Positions 37,483 through 51,935 of a stretch of DNA of 64,000 nt are shown here, in pieces (the first letter of the stretch is position 1; every line of letters starts with the position of its first letter). This DNA comes from Plasmodiophora brassicae (lineage: Eukaryota). The notes under the pieces were generated by a model. The model searched no databases and was not told where the DNA came from. It saw nothing but the letters and a program-made list of their open reading frames with translations. The DNA lies in the NCBI GenBank assembly GCA_036867785.1, contig CP145423.1, forward strand, positions 124,001 to 188,000, written 5' to 3'. The position numbers were made by a program, and so were the translations under genes.

Positions 37483-38418
37483 ATGACCAGATTATTGAGC
37501 GTCGTGGCTGTTCTGATGGTGGGCATGGTCATCTCTGTCGCGATCGCGATGCAGCCGTCGCGCGAAGACTACAGCCCTCCCGCAAACAGTTACGTCGATA
37601 TTGCAAGTGACGATTCTGATGGTCCTCAATCGGACGCCCTATCGATGCGTGAAGCAGTGCTGGACTCTGGAAGGCCATTTCCGTTCAACACGTTGGTCAA
37701 CTCCCGACGGCATATGAGCGAGCTGGCCGACTGCTGGGTTCCAGTACCTGAATCGACATCAACTAACCTGGCTATCAGCACGACTGTCCTGGCAGCCCTG
37801 ATACAAATCGGCATCGTCCAGATAGCCATCGTCCTGCTTTGCAGTGCCAATGCGGGCGGGTTTATCGCAGCTCTCCCTAGGGACGACCGCTCACCACCGA
37901 ATCGCGCACTCCCCAAGCTGATGCTGTCCTCGTGGGCCAGTGTAGGAGCCAGCACTGGAGTTCAAGCCCTTGCGGCCGCCATAATCATCAATGTGTTCAA
38001 GACTCTCCCTCGTCATATTGCTCGTAAAGTGGCCTGCTTCATCAGCAGATACATGCAGTTGGCTGGATTCTTCGCCGGCGGTATGGCGGCCAGCGCTGCC
38101 GTGGGCCAGGACATCGGCATCGGCGCCAGGTGCGGGCTCATCTACGCAACCGCCATGCTAATCCCTGAATGGTGGATCTATTACCGTGGGAAACGTCTGT
38201 CTCGTGCCGGTGCGTTTATCAGCCCGCTATGGTGGGTCGACCTGGCGATGTCCGTGTCGTTCGTCTTCTTCGCCGTCCTTGCACTGTTGCTAACCGTCCC
38301 TGTGCCTTCGCGCAAGCTGGCCCTCATCGGTGCTGTCATGGGCCTGGCTGGCCTCGGTGACATCGCATGCGTGGCCGACACGTTCGCGGCGCCGACTCCG
38401 CCGCTTGATCCCAAGTGA
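37483..38418 (+). CDS. Hypothetical multi-pass membrane protein with signal peptide (311 aa)
   Basis: Intronless ORF with several hydrophobic helices. Confidence 0.65.
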   Translation: MTRLLSVVAVLMVGMVISVAIAMQPSREDYSPPANSYVDIASDDSDGPQSDALSMREAVLDSGRPFPFNTLVNSRRHMSELADCWVPVPESTSTNLAISTTVLAALIQIGIVQIAIVLLCSANAGGFIAALPRDDRSPPNRALPKLMLSSWASVGASTGVQALAAAIIINVFKTLPRHIARKVACFISRYMQLAGFFAGGMAASAAVGQDIGIGARCGLIYATAMLIPEWWIYYRGKRLSRAGAFISPLWWVDLAMSVSFVFFAVLALLLTVPVPSRKLALIGAVMGLAGLGDIACVADTFAAPTPPLDPK

Positions 38419-38732
38419 CCGGTCCCCTCATTGCTACCCGTAATAAAACTTTGATCTGGACCATCATTCCAAACGAAACGCTGCTGGGCTACACTCTTGG
38501 GGGAGCTTCAGCCACGTGACGTGACCTTTTGGTTTGCGCGCGGTTGGGGCGGCCGACTTGCACCGCGCAAATTTGCGACGCCTGTGCTCATTTCCGCCCT
38601 CGTTCGGGAGATCGTCCCCACTGTGACGGGATGCGCCTCCTTGCCGCTGTGAAGGTGTTCGTCGCCGCACTTTGCCTGTTTCGAGGTTGCGTTTCACAGA
38701 GCGGGGACGGTGGTCGACCGTGGAGGGGGCCG

Positions 38733-41700
38733 ATGTCGACCTCCGACCAGCAGCAGGCGCCCGCACCCGTGATCGGCCGGCGCATCACGCCCGACTACGG
38801 TGTCATGGTGCACCCGGCCGCGTCCAGCCATCCGCAGGTGATCGTGGTGCAACCGGCGGTGCCGTCGCGACGTGCAGCCGTCCCTGCGACCGCGCCGAAG
38901 AAACGATCGAAGAAGGCATCCGCTGACGTCCAGCCCGATCCGAAGCCGATTCCACGTCCTAAAGAACGCGTGCGCCCTTGGGCAATCGAGAAGGACGGCC
39001 CTCCTCATGCCAGGACGTCTCCTCTGACCGACAAACCAACGGTGTTATCATCATCTGCACCCAGGAAGCGATCCAGGGACACGCCCAGCTCTCACGTCGA
39101 GTTAGCGCGTGTCGATGGTGATGCCCCGGCCGGGAACAATGCTCCAGGCGTGTTGAAGGAGGCCGTTACGCAGCATATGAAGCAGCGGTTTGCGCTGGCG
39201 ACGAAGAAGCTGCGAGAGGAGAGCCTGCTCCAGGAGAGGCGCCTCCGTGAAGTGGAGGAGCGACGCGCTCGTCTGGATGAGCTGTCGAACAAGATCCGCC
39301 GCGGGAATCGACGTCGCGTCTCGATATCCCAGCACGACGTGAACATGTCTAAAAACAAGGAGAACTCGCACAGCAACAACGCTGTCAACTTCAGCAACGA
39401 GGAGGCACCGCTCTGCCCAGTTTCGAAGCCGTCGCCTGTATCGAAGCCGTCTCCTTCGAGTATTCCCATGACAGCGCCGATCTTCACGGGAAAGACGGCA
39501 CTCGATGCCAAGGCGAAGCGGAGACGAGCCCGAATGATAGCAGATGCCGCGAAGAAGCGAGCGGAAGCTGTTCGTCAGGACGAGCTCTTCAAAGTAAGTG
39601 ACGCATGGCGTATTGTGCAACTCCCTTTCTGACCACGACCTTCAGCCGGCTCCAAAGACTTCGCCTCGGGAGTATGGGACGGAGCAGATGAAGGCCTACA
39701 TGAAGAAGAAGAAAATGGAGATGATCATACGCAGAAGGCAGGAGCGCAAAGAGGAAGAACAGGTTTGCATCTGTACTCAGAGCGCAAGAGCATAGTCTGA
39801 TTGACAGTCGATCATCATGTGCAGAAGCAGAGACACCGGCTCGAACAGTTGCGGTTAGCGGAAGAGATCCACAGGAAAGGTGCTCGTTTGCACCGTTTGA
39901 AAATGCAGGAACGACGCGTTATGCAAGAAGCCGACGGTCGCCAGCAGAAATCGCCGAGCCCTGTCCCAGGAGGTACGCCCGGGGGGTTCACTCTCTGTTG
40001 TCCATCTAACGGCTGGTAGGTATTGCTGGCATGGCAACGGGACCGGAACCATCCACCACAAGTGTATTACGTCTCACGAAGCTGTGTACTTCTCCAGCTA
40101 AAGATGAACAGGTCTCACAGCTGCAGCCGCAACTGGCCGAGTTGTCTGTGAAGAACTCGTCTCTTACAATTGGCAAGCAAACCCAGCTGAAGGACGCCGT
40201 ACTGGCTCGTCTTCGGGAGGGTCTTCGTCGCGAGTTTCAGACGGTACCGTTTGTCCCGGAATTACCCACCGGGCCATTGACCTTCGTTCGTCAGGATGAG
40301 GTGCCAGAAGCGGCCGTAGACAGGACGGAAGAGGAGGCTGCTGTTGCTGAGGTGGAATCCAGCCCCACCGAAGCTCCTGCAGCTGCTGATGACCTGTGGT
40401 CCAAGCTGGAGCATCTTAACCAGTTCGCCGGAGCGCTCTCTCTGCGTGCGTCCCATCTGGCGGAGAGGCAAGGACGCATAACCAGGCAAGTATCGCGTGC
40501 ACCGACCCCTGATTCCGAAGCGCGCGAACCGGCAAGTGCTATTGCCCCAGCAGGCGCCACCGAGGCTTCGCCATCTGAACCTCACGTTTTCGCTCCTTCC
40601 TCGCCGTCCAGCCGTCCAGACAGTTTGCCTGGTCCACCTGAAAGTTGTTCAAACGCGCGCCAAGCTAACGCCACCGTTATCAACGATTCTTCTGCGGGAA
40701 ACACGGCCGATGGTATCGACTCCTCTGGATCGGCAGGACGGTCACCTGTGCAGCCGTCAGCCTCCCCGTTATCTGCTGCTCCGCTCACCTGTTCGCCCGA
40801 TGCCCATGCGCTATCATCCGCCATCGCCAGCGTTGCAGATGCGTTTGACCAGGCACCTGATTGTTCGGCCTCTATCGATGACAACGCTGCCGAAGGATGT
40901 GCCGATATCGTTCCATCATCGAACGCGTCAGTTCGTGACGCTGAAGGAAGCTCATACGCGACGGATTTCGAACTTGATGACGTTGACGGCAGTGACTCGC
41001 GCCACAGCACGCTCTTCGATCAGATCGAAGGCGAACTGTCTGCTCAGCGTCCTCAAGCGGATCCGAACAGCATTCTCAACATTTTCGCCCAACGTCTCCT
41101 GGCCAGTCGCGAAAGGCTCGCTCGCTCGCCGCCTACTGCCGATAAGGTGTCGTCGAAGTCGGACGACGCCCATTGTTCGCCGCCCTCGACCTTTGCTGCA
41201 CCTGCAGTTGACGTTGATGCCCGGCCTAAAACGCCTCCGAAGACGCCTGGCGTCACGCGTCCAAGCAAGTTCTCCCGTACCGCAACTGTCGCGTCTGACA
41301 ATGCTAAGCCTGTGGTTGAGGTCCAGCATGACCAGAAGCCCACCCCAGAGGTGAACGACCATTCTTCTCCAGCGCCGGCGCCAGCTGCTACGCCAGGTTC
41401 CGTGTCACCTACTTCAAGTCCATTGGACACAGACGAGGTCGTCGTAGCAGATGAGTATGCGCCGTCGCGACTGGGCGAATTGCTGGACCTCGCTCTGGGT
41501 GAAGAGGACGTCGATGCTGTTCCTGAGCAGTCCGATCCGAAGTTGTCGCCCCACTCACTGGAGCGGAAGCTGGTTTCCGAGTTACGTCACCTCGAAGAGC
41601 TCGACAGTGCTCGGCTCCAGATCGCCGAACTTGAACACGCTGAGGAAACGAGGGTCATGAGCAAGCTGTTGCAGGAGTCGCGGCAGGAATTGCACATCAT

Positions 41701-44700
41701 CACCCAACGAATGGAACTCGATGCGGAGCGCGCGCAACTCGATCGGTCCCTCAACGAGCCGCCGAAGCCAGATGACGCACCGGTGACTGTGAAGGAGCTG
41801 GACCTCATCGCTTCGAAGATTGTTTCGGCCATCGATTCGTCTCGCGTACACGTCGCCAGTACCGCACTCCTCCATGAAGGTACGCGCCCGCACAATATCG
41901 AGGAATGTGTTGTATCCGGCTTTGACATGTGGACGAAGACAACGCGGACGTGCTTAGGACGTTGGAAGGGCGCGCCTCCAAGCCAGACGTCATTCACGAC
42001 CAGGGCGTCAGTATCGAATCCTCTACATTCTGGTCGTTTCTGAGTATGACCCGCAGAACGAAATGGCGAAGTTCAAGGGCCTTGAGGCGGAGATGAACGA
42101 ACGGGAACGTATCGCGAGCGAAAAGCGTTTGCTCGCCGAGAGGATCATCGTCGACAAAGAAGAGCAGAATCGACGTAGCCGAGAGCTTCGCGAAATGGAA
42201 TCTCGTGCAAACACGCTCTTGGAGCATGCCCTCCGCATGCCAGTTGAGGTACGCTTGGCGACGACCTGCCCTAGCCACCACGTCTAACCAGTATCGGCAG
42301 GACGGTCATCTTGAGGTGGCCGTGCCGACGCAGCGGTCACCTGATCGATCCGTCTCCGTCGCCTATTCGGAGAACTTCGAATCGGAGGCGGGTTCCGCCG
42401 CAGATGGGACGGACGAGCCAGAATGCCAGGAACAAGCGCCAGCTTCGGCTCTTCCCGTTGAGCAGCGGTCAGTCGCTCGGGCAGATATCGATCATTCCGG
42501 TCCGCTATCGTCATCCTCTGTTTCCGTTGACGTTCGCTCCCGGGAACCGTCGGATGCATCTGCTGAAATTGAATTTAGCGAAGATGCTCCTGACGCGTTG
42601 CCTGATCCTGCCGGCAATGTCGGCAAATCATCTGACGAGTCGATCGAGATCGAGTTCAGCGAAGACGACCGTGACGCATCTCCCACGACGCCAGTGACCG
42701 CCGCTGCTCGTGAAGATCGTCGCGTTTCCTCCGTGTCGGACGATATCAGTGTTGCGTTCGAGTCAGACGCGTCCCCTGCCCACCAGAGCGACGTCTACAG
42801 TCAAACATTTGGGAGCGTGTCGCGTGGTGATATCACTGACGACAGCACCGCGTTCAATGACAAGGCTGACGTTCAAGGCGAACGCGGTTCCGTTTCGTCG
42901 GCGATCCCTGAAGGGTTCGTTACCGACAACCGCACTGGCTCGATCGCATCCGACATCGATGAAGGGTCTGCTGCTGCTGAGTACCAGACGAGTTCTGTCG
43001 CGTCGGATATCGCTGAGGAATCGGCCGCAGATGACTGGGCCAGTGTTGCGACCGGACAGTCTGATGGGACGATCACGCTGGACATCCCGGAGGCCGTTCC
43101 TGAACGACCTGACCAAGACCAGGACCGTGCCGACGCTTCAGAGCTTGACGATCGCGATTCTGTCCCTGAAAGCGTGTCGACTGCCGACTCTGACTCGGTC
43201 GGCATCGATCAAGGCCATGGCACGAGCTTCGAGGAGTCGCTCGCCTCAGTGGATGGCGCCTCTGCGTCCGTTCCGCATGTCGTCGAGCGCGAGGACGAGA
43301 TTGCAAGCGAGCCCGGCCTCTCTCGAAGCGCATCGCGATCAAGCAGCGCCTATTCGCTGCCTGATGCGTGTGACGATGTCGCCGATGCAACGCTGGACAT
43401 TCCCGACACTGTCCCTGAGTACGTTGACGAGGCGATCGCCAGCAGCAAGGTGGCACATGCGGTCGAGGTTCAACCAGGTACGCGTTCGTATTGCACAGGC
43501 GCTCGTTATTGCTGACAGAATCATGCATAGGCGAGGGTGCTGTTGAGGTTGCGGCTGTCTGTGATGCGTTCAACGAGGAGGAACCTGGACCGGCAGTTGC
43601 CGAGGTCGCTGATAGAGGCTCGCAGAAGGGTTCGGGCGGCGTCGAAGACACCGATGCGGGTGACGAGGTTGAGGCCGACAGCAACGACAACCTGACGGCA
43701 GACGATGCATCATCGGTCGATGTTGCAGAGTATTACGCTGCCAACAGGGCCTGCGATCACGTCGACGCGACCCAGCAACGACCATCCGATGAAGAGGTGG
43801 CGATCGAGGCTCCGGGTTTCGTTGAACATGTACCTTATGCAAGTTCGTCCGACGTCCAAGACGAGCGTCCATCTGTTGGCGTCGAGTCGCAACACGACCC
43901 GGGTCTGCCTGCCGAGGTCTCCGACGACGACGTTGCGAGCGAGCTTGACGAAACGACCGATGCTGTGACCGTTCGGGCTGAGATCGATGCACTCGGGCGT
44001 ATGCTCATGACAGCATCTGTTCATGGTCAGGTTGACCTGGATGGCCCTGTCGAGCACGATGAGACGTTGCAGCCGGAAACCGACGAGCCGCCTGCAGCGG
44101 GCGATCACCCACGTTGCCTGGTTTCATCAGACGACGCGCAAGAGGGCCCAACGGCGGCGCCTCCGCTGTCTAGTGAAGCCCTGATGGAGCAACCGATTCA
44201 TGAGCCCTTGTTGACACCTGTCGCTGCGCCCGATGACGACGATGGGAGTGAAAATGGCGAAACCGACGATGAAGTGCTGGACCGAGCGCAGATCGACGAG
44301 CTTGGGCGAATGCTTACAACTGTAAGGGCGTCAAACGAACCAGAACCAGGCGACGCGACCAAGAAACAGGAGAGTGTCGATGAAGGCGCAGCTGCTAAGG
44401 CCACTGCAGATGACGACGAGCCTTATTATTCCACCGACGCCTTGCCCTACGATACTGCCACGCCTGCCCCGGCCTTATCAGCGCCGGTTGAACCAGGCGC
44501 CGTGCCCGAAAGCGTCGCGATCCACGACTCCGTTGACGTACGTGTGACCGCGCTCACCTTCCCCCCTGTCGTGACTGATCGCTCGTTGCCTGGTTTAGGA
44601 GTCCGAGCTCGTCGACGACGACCTGGGCCTGCTGAACGTCATCGATGAAGAGAGGAGGAAGTCCAGGGATGCATCCGAATCGCAAGCAACGGAACGCGAG

Positions 44701-45631
44701 CGGATGGTGAATCTGATTACCGATAGCATCCTTCGTGACCTGTTGGTCGATTCCGATACCTGTACCGACTCGTGTGTGTATGTTTATTCTCTGCAACAAC
44801 ACTGACGCCCCGATAGTCGACGTCGCTACGGTTGAGGACGTTCTCAACGAGCACGTTCCTGACGAAGAGTTGATCATCCTGCACGACGCAGCGGTCGAGC
44901 ACGTGGAGCAACGGGTGAACGGAACCACTGTTGCTGTCGTCAATGCCATCACGGACAACATCTTCGACAAGCTGGTCGACGACGTACTATCTGACGACAG
45001 CATCAAGCCAGACAGTGATCGCGGGCTGTTCCGAACCAGTCAAGGAACGTCCGCGTCCAGCGAGCAATCAGGGCAGAACTTCCAGTCTGAAGCGGCCGCG
45101 TTCGTCTGTGCGATCCTGGACGCCAATAGTCCAATCGATTGGCGAACCGGCGTGCTATCTGTACGCGACCTGCCTGACACCAGGACGACGACGGCTGCCG
45201 AGGCGTGTTACAGGCGGATGCTGTTCGATCTAACGCAAGAGGTCATTCAGGCCAAACGGCCATTCGGGGGGCGCCCGGCCCCCGAGCCCTGGCACACGTC
45301 TTCGAGAAGGTGGCTCTCGTCAGGTTCACATCGGATGGGCCTTTGCTAACGCGCACGCATCAGGAACTTGAAGGACTACTTCTGGAGAGCACCCACGACG
45401 GGCACGTTGTGCCAGGAGGTCGTCGCTCTCGTACAGGCAACCGCACCTCGACCAGACGGCGCGCTTGTGTTCGACGACATCAACGCCATGGTTGACGCCG
45501 ATGTACGCAACGAGAACCCAGAATGGGTCGGGTTCGACGAGCAGGTCGCCTCCATCAAGTTTGAGATTGCCGATCGCGTGTTCGATGACCTCATCATTGA
45601 TCTTGCGCGCGAGCTCCGGTCGACAATATAA
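38733..45631 (+). CDS. CEP350: CEP350-like centrosomal protein (large, acidic, DUF4378-like C-terminus)
   Basis: YGTEQMKAYM, LSPHSLERKLVSELRHLEEL and C-terminal EWVGFDEQVASIKFEIADRVFDDLI resemble conserved CEP350 blocks; multi-exon; start could be 38631. Confidence 0.7.
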
Positions 45632-45828
45632 ACTGTACAGCAATTTCCAGTACGAACCCTACTCTACCGATAGTCGGTTCAGCCGGTGCAGTAGCCTGTT
45701 CGTATCACGAAGAGCGCATAGGTTCCATGTACTCGAATGGAACGTGTTGTCCGAAAGGTGGTGATGGCAACGACGGCGCGAAGCGCATCTGTATGTAGCA
45801 GTTAACGGCGTTGATACATCTTCCTGGC

Positions 45829-48800
45829 CTAGTACTTGATCTTGTTGAGAGCACCATCGTAGGTCCCGCGAAGTGCAAACCTGAGATGCGAACAGTGGTC
45901 CAGACGCCGCAGGTCAGAAGAACGGAGTTTGGCTTTGATCCACGCCAGAAGGTTCCTGTGGTACAACAAGGTTGGACGGGCAGGGCCGTCGAGCACGACG
46001 CGTTCTGACCTGAATCGAGACTGCTTCCGCCGGAACACATGGGACAATGCGTGCAGAGCCAGCCACCTGACTTCGTTGCTGGACAGGACGAACTCCATGT
46101 CACCGCCTACGTTAGTAGGCGTTACCCGACCATGATACTGCCGCCACTGAACAAGGACGTACATCGGCGTCGTCTGGATACGTGAAACGCATGGATCAAC
46201 CCTTCAGCCAGACCGCACTGGAACGGCGTACTTCGTAGATGACGCAGCTGGGAGAGCCATGCGTTGAGTTTACAGGCGCCGAACCGAAACAGCTGTCGCT
46301 CCATTGAGCACTGTATCCCGGTGATGCACACGCCACCGTACCTGGTACACGTTTAGGCAAATGCCGCGTTTGGTATTGATGCGGCTGTCGAGCAGCAATG
46401 GATGCGTTTTCGATTCCACGAACAGGCGCAGGCCACGTTCTCTTAGTTTGTTGCACGGCCGGCCTACATCGACGTGCATCAGAGCCAACGGTTATCGAAA
46501 GGGGACGACCGATGCCTGACCTGAAACCCGTGACACGGTGAGGGTATCGGCAATGGAAGTCGACGTGAACCGCGAGTAATCGCCTCGCAATTCCAGACCC
46601 CGACTGGAGTCAAACTCAAGACCACACCAGGTCATCACAGTCTAAATACGACGACACCGGGGCGGGTAAGTATTGTACATACACCAGTCGTACCCCATGT
46701 ACCTTTATAGGCTCGTCAGGGTCCCGCATGCCAACCGCAAAGTTCGCTTGGGTCTTTCGCGCGTTGACAGAGAAGTTGTACTCGGGAAACCCGCCCATCA
46801 TGCTCGCGAGAAACGATTCCGCGACGTCTTTACAAGTCGTCAGAAGAAGGAAATCGTCGACCTGCCGAAGAACAACGCTGTCGGAACCTGAGGAAGAGAA
46901 AGTGAGCCCCGGAAGTGCCCCACATCAATTACGTACATGACGCTTTGATTGTCCAGGACCTCTGGGAAAGCGCTGAGTCATTTGAGGGAAGCGCCGATTT
47001 CTCTAGCTGATTTCGCTCCAGATCGGCGATGTACATAGAGCACAGTAATGAGGATATGATGCTTCCTTGTGGAATGCCAACCGCCTGGCAGTAGAACGAC
47101 TTTCGAAACTAACCACTTGTCAGATGGGGGTTATACTTGAAACTGACTGGGCGAACCTTCACGATATTGTCATGGATGTGCTCACGAATCAGCTGGATGA
47201 GGGATTCGCAGGAGATGCGTTCGGCACCAGGCTGTCTTTTACGTTCAGAGAATAATAAAGGGTCGGCCCACATACAGGCGCAAACCTGCTCGACGAAGAC
47301 GGTGTTGCGACACTTCTTTGACCGTTCAAGGGCAAGTTCGTCCATTTGAGGCACCGACGTCACAGATGCCGCGTCGCGATGGTACCGTTTCCGCGTGTAC
47401 CCATTGCCCCACGCTGATCGGTTCGCCGTTGCCCACCGGTGGACGAAATAGTTTTTCTAACCGACACTGTTGAGCCAGTTGGCAAAGACCACGATATCCA
47501 ACGTTGCACGACCTCGGCCAGAGCGTTCTGTAAAATGTCCATGACCCTAGATTCAGCACCAGTCAGCGGCGATCGCCGTGTCACAGACGGAGCACGACAG
47601 AACCTGGGACGCAGAATGGAGTCGTAGCACTTCTGGATGTCGGCAGACACCATGTACACCTTGACGAGTTTTTCGCCAGCGGACTGTACCTGTGAGAAGG
47701 GGGATGATTCGGCCCGGGAGCCACACCATTGTACGCTGCGTCCCACAGACGTTGGCAAGAGAGATCACGAAAGGCAGAAGGCGGTCGTAGACTGCATCCA
47801 GGTTGGGGGCATTACTGATCCCACACAAACCGGGATTTCGAGCCTGCATACAGTTGCATCAGTGCACCGACCAAGTGCTGAGAGTCAGACGGCCCGACTC
47901 TCTCGAACGACAGAGCAGAGAATGCGTTCTTCAGCGAATCGTTAACGGACGGTTGGCGGCCCACGCCCACAGCGTTCCGGTTGGCGCAGTTGACAATGGG
48001 GCGAACGCAGTTCATCTTGGGCAGTATGCGAAGCTGGGAGTACCCGACGCCACGAGCCACGACCATCTGCTGCGCTGAACCCTATGGACGGATGAGGGGC
48101 ACACTTGCGGACAGGGCACGCTCGACACAGACTTCATCAATCTGACGAAACTGGTCGGCACACAGTTCGGTCACCGCCATGTCTGATATTCGGTTCCACA
48201 CCTAATTCCCATGCCGTCAAGGACAGTGGTGGGCGGGAGAACGAACACGTGTGGTATGGACCTCGTGGCGGTAGAAGAATATGCGGTTGCGATACGGTTC
48301 AGATTCTGTGACATAGAATGCGGATCGTACAAGAGGGACAAGCAGCTCGGCGACCAGCCAATGCAGCCATTTCGCCAGCATCGTCCTGGACAGGCTGTAT
48401 CAGAGGTAGAACACGTGGACCACAGGCGGCAGCGTACTGTTTCGAGATCGCAGCACGGGCGCCGACGCCGTCGCCAAGCCACGAGCAGTCCTTCGTCCTC
48501 AGACGTTGCATGATGAAGGTAACGTCAATACTCTCGAACCTATCCCAGAGAGACAATGAATTGCAACGATGGTGCGCACAGGTTGGCGCGAACCTTCGAA
48601 GATGGACGAATGTGTGCACCGCTTGACAGAAAGCCATAAAGTTGTTCTTGGATCCCCACAACACTCTCGGGATCAGGCGCAGCACAACGTTGCGAACGAA
48701 CGCGCTGACGTTGTCGGCGCTCGTGTACTGCCGAATGGCAGCAGTATATCTCGCCGACAGGGACGGGTCCGACAGAGCTGTCGGAACGGTCATCTAATGA

Positions 48801-49850
48801 CGGCACTGAAGCGAAACGCCCTTTCCATACTAGACGCCGAACGGTCAACTGGGCAGTGCTGCTCTAATATCGAATGGTAGTTCAGGTGGCGATGGGTCTA
48901 CGGGCACGATGTCAGCATCCGATCGCATTACACAGCAAGGCAGCAACCTTAAGGATGCGGCGGAAGATGAAGGCCAGTCTCTGAACGGTTGGCCGCAGCG
49001 ATGGCGACCGTCGCGCCCGTCGCTTGTTACTTGATACGAAGATGTCAGCAAGCAGGGCATGCACATTGTCGTTGACCTGGTTCAGAATATGGGTAGACGG
49101 GAGCCCAGCACGAGACACGCTGCTGCGGCAAGCGTAGAGCATTGACGAGCATTGGACAGTCGCTGAATACGGCGACACGTGCTTCACAGGACACAGTGGC
49201 ACCTTGTCCCGCGTAATCGCTTGCCCGGATACCTGCAAGAAGCATCCGTTCTCGAGCGCTTCGAACACACTGCAGCGCGACAGCAGCTGGCGCATGGCAT
49301 CGTCACCAATCCGCGACAGTAGGCGCTTCCAGGAGCGGTTCTGAAGGTGCGTTCGTATCGTGTTCCACTGCGACAGGGGACAGATCAGACCCGGATCCGG
49401 AAGCGAAAACGGTGGCTGGCAACCGTGAAGATGTTCCCGCGGCCGTTCGTCGAGCGCTTTGCGATCAGCACATGCGACGGCTTGTTGGATACCATCTGAA
49501 CGCCAGGTGAGCTCAAAGCGGAACGACACATGACGGTACGGGACCTGGACGACTTGATCCAGGACCTGCCGCTGACTGCATCCGACGCTGAAACCGAGGA
49601 CGCGTTTCGGCTCATGAGGGGGCTGCCCAGCACCAACACATCGGACGACCTGCGTCGAATGTAGGAACTGAGCATACCTGTCGGCCAAGCACGTCAGCAG
49701 CGACATGGCAGGCGATACCGAGTGCGGCCGTTACTCGGGCGGGTCGCTGGGGTCGATCAGCGCCGGCGCATCGTCCGGCCGGATATGGTTCAGGTACGCG
49801 ACCAAGCCGGTAACGAGCGCCGGGTCGAACAGCGCCCGCAGGACATCCAT
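45829..49850 (-). CDS. TERT: Telomerase reverse transcriptase
   Basis: GQ block (WKRLLSRIGDD...FLQVSG), QFP block, T motif (FYVTE), motifs 1/2 (LRILPK...RPIVN), A (ADIQKCYDSI), B' (IPQGS), C (LRQVDDFL) and D (GFPEYNFSVNARKT). Confidence 0.97.
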
Positions 49851-51767
49851 CGGACGACTCGGCAACTGTCGCGGGTGCAGCGGCCCCGGATCCGGTCACC
49901 AAACATAGACCTGCCCAGGCTGTCGGCATTGTGCGGTTCGACACTGCACGAGGTACGTTTGAGCGTTTGCCATGGTACGTAACGCTGTACTGGAACAAAC
50001 GCAGTTGTGTGCGTGTTGCTTCCACAGGAGAACCCGGGGACAGAGCAGAGGCGCGCGATTGAACGTCGTCCCACTAAGCACTTCCGAGCTGTGTGAGACT
50101 GTAAAGGTGTCGCGGTTGTCACCGGTGCGGTAGTCCACAGAAGCTCAGTGCCGTCCGTAGGACCATCTGCACCGGTTGCCACGCCCCGTTGCCTGTAACA
50201 GCGTCGCCTGAAGGACAGTCGCTTCCGTCGATATCGTCGCCGTCAGGCGTTCGGGCGCCAGATCGGGTTGCCATGTGTACGTTAGTTCGGCAGTTCGGGT
50301 CAAAAGCCAAACCTGGTTCTTCTGCTCAGCCACGCCCCAAGTGTGATTAGGAACGAAATAACCCGGCCCGTCGGACACGATTCGTTGGTTCGCGGGGGAA
50401 TAGTTGGCGAGGGCAGCGGCGCCACTGTCATTTTAGCCGGCGTGCTAGATGCTCGAACCTGCAACGTCCCATCGGCGTCAACTTGATATCTCGCTGCAGC
50501 TGCCACCGAGCAGCAACACGGGACGAAGGTGTAGACGATAACTCCTGAACGCTGCGATCACCATATCTGTCGTGCATGCCTGACGCAGCACAATCCACCA
50601 TCGCTGACGCCGATGTCAGTATCGAACTACGCCCATGAGGGAGATGCACGTCCGTTCCCAGCGGTAAAACGACAACTTCATCTGTGTAGGTATGGTACAT
50701 ACGCCGGAGGTACAATATGCACGTTTGTCATCCAGTACGCCTCCTCTTGGCTGGGCGGGGGGCCACATCATCGTCTGATGAGATATCGCTGACTATTGTG
50801 GCCGTCTTCCCCTGCGTTGAAGTGGGACGGGTTGAGCCAGGGACACGGGACGCAGCGGGAGCCCGAGGAGGATCGGCTGTAGAGAACTGGCTGCGAAACG
50901 CAGTACTCGCCGGACATTGCTTTGAGGTTGATGTCATCCTTGTTGCAGTACTCGCCTGAGCTTGGTTCGCAGCAGCCACCATCGTCGGGCGCGATGGTGG
51001 ACCAGTAATTCCCCGAGCCTGATAGACGTCGCGAGGTTGGTTCAGCATCCGACGGCGTTGAGGCTCATCACCTTGTCGCAGAGCAGGCATAATAAAACAG
51101 ACGATCAGCCGCCGGAACCCGTGCGTCAACGCGACATGGTTGCGCAGAGGGCAGCGCGTGCTGAAGACGTGCAACTGTAGAACTTGCCAAAGGTTGATTC
51201 ACACGAACGGTCTGACTGCTGGCCGGTACACGTCGCCCTGCAGTTGAGGATGGAGCGCGACGTGCAGCGTTTGCTTGGATGCTAGACGCAGCAGTACTCG
51301 TACGGTCCCCAACCGGGATGGCCCGTACAGTGCTCGATCCGGTAGTCACGTGGCGTCGGTTCGCAGTGGCCGGTGACGGATGACGCTGAACGGACTGCAC
51401 GACATTACCCGTCGTCGACAGAGCTGCATCTGCCGCCGAACAGTCCACAATGGTACAGATATGCTTGACGACGCGTTCGAGATGCAGGTTTCGGAAACAA
51501 GGTCCGATGGAGCCGGAGAGCGAAAGAAGGTAACCGGACTTGTGTACAGTGTACGGAGGCGCGATCTCCGTAACGAAACGTGATCGCCCGTCCTTGCAGA
51601 TCCAGATCGTCTTCAGCAGTTTGACCTTGACCCACTGGAGGATCGTGTCAGGCACCCGGCCCTGCCGAATGCTGCGTACGACCGCGTCGGCATCCTTGAT
51701 AATCCTCATCAGGTCCACGTTCGCAATTGCATAGGTGAACTGGTCAGGAATCGGGCATACACGCCTC

Positions 51768-51935
51768 AATCGGGACACTGGTGCGACCTCGAGTCCGCAG
51801 AGTGCCTTAGATCAGCAATCATAGGGCGCCTCCCACATATACCGCGCAACACTGCCGTACGGCGTCCGTGGCGCACCAATCATACATTCTGCTATCTGGC
51901 CTTGTCTGGTCTTGTCCGTGTCCTGCGTGTTAATT
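51768..51935 (+). repeat. 5' LTR (AAT...ATT)
   Basis: Identical by eye to 56632-56799. Confidence 0.95.

Noticed and set aside
50070-50720. Short minus-strand ORFs between paralog 1 and TERT
   Set aside because: No consistent exon chain or recognisable domain could be assembled.
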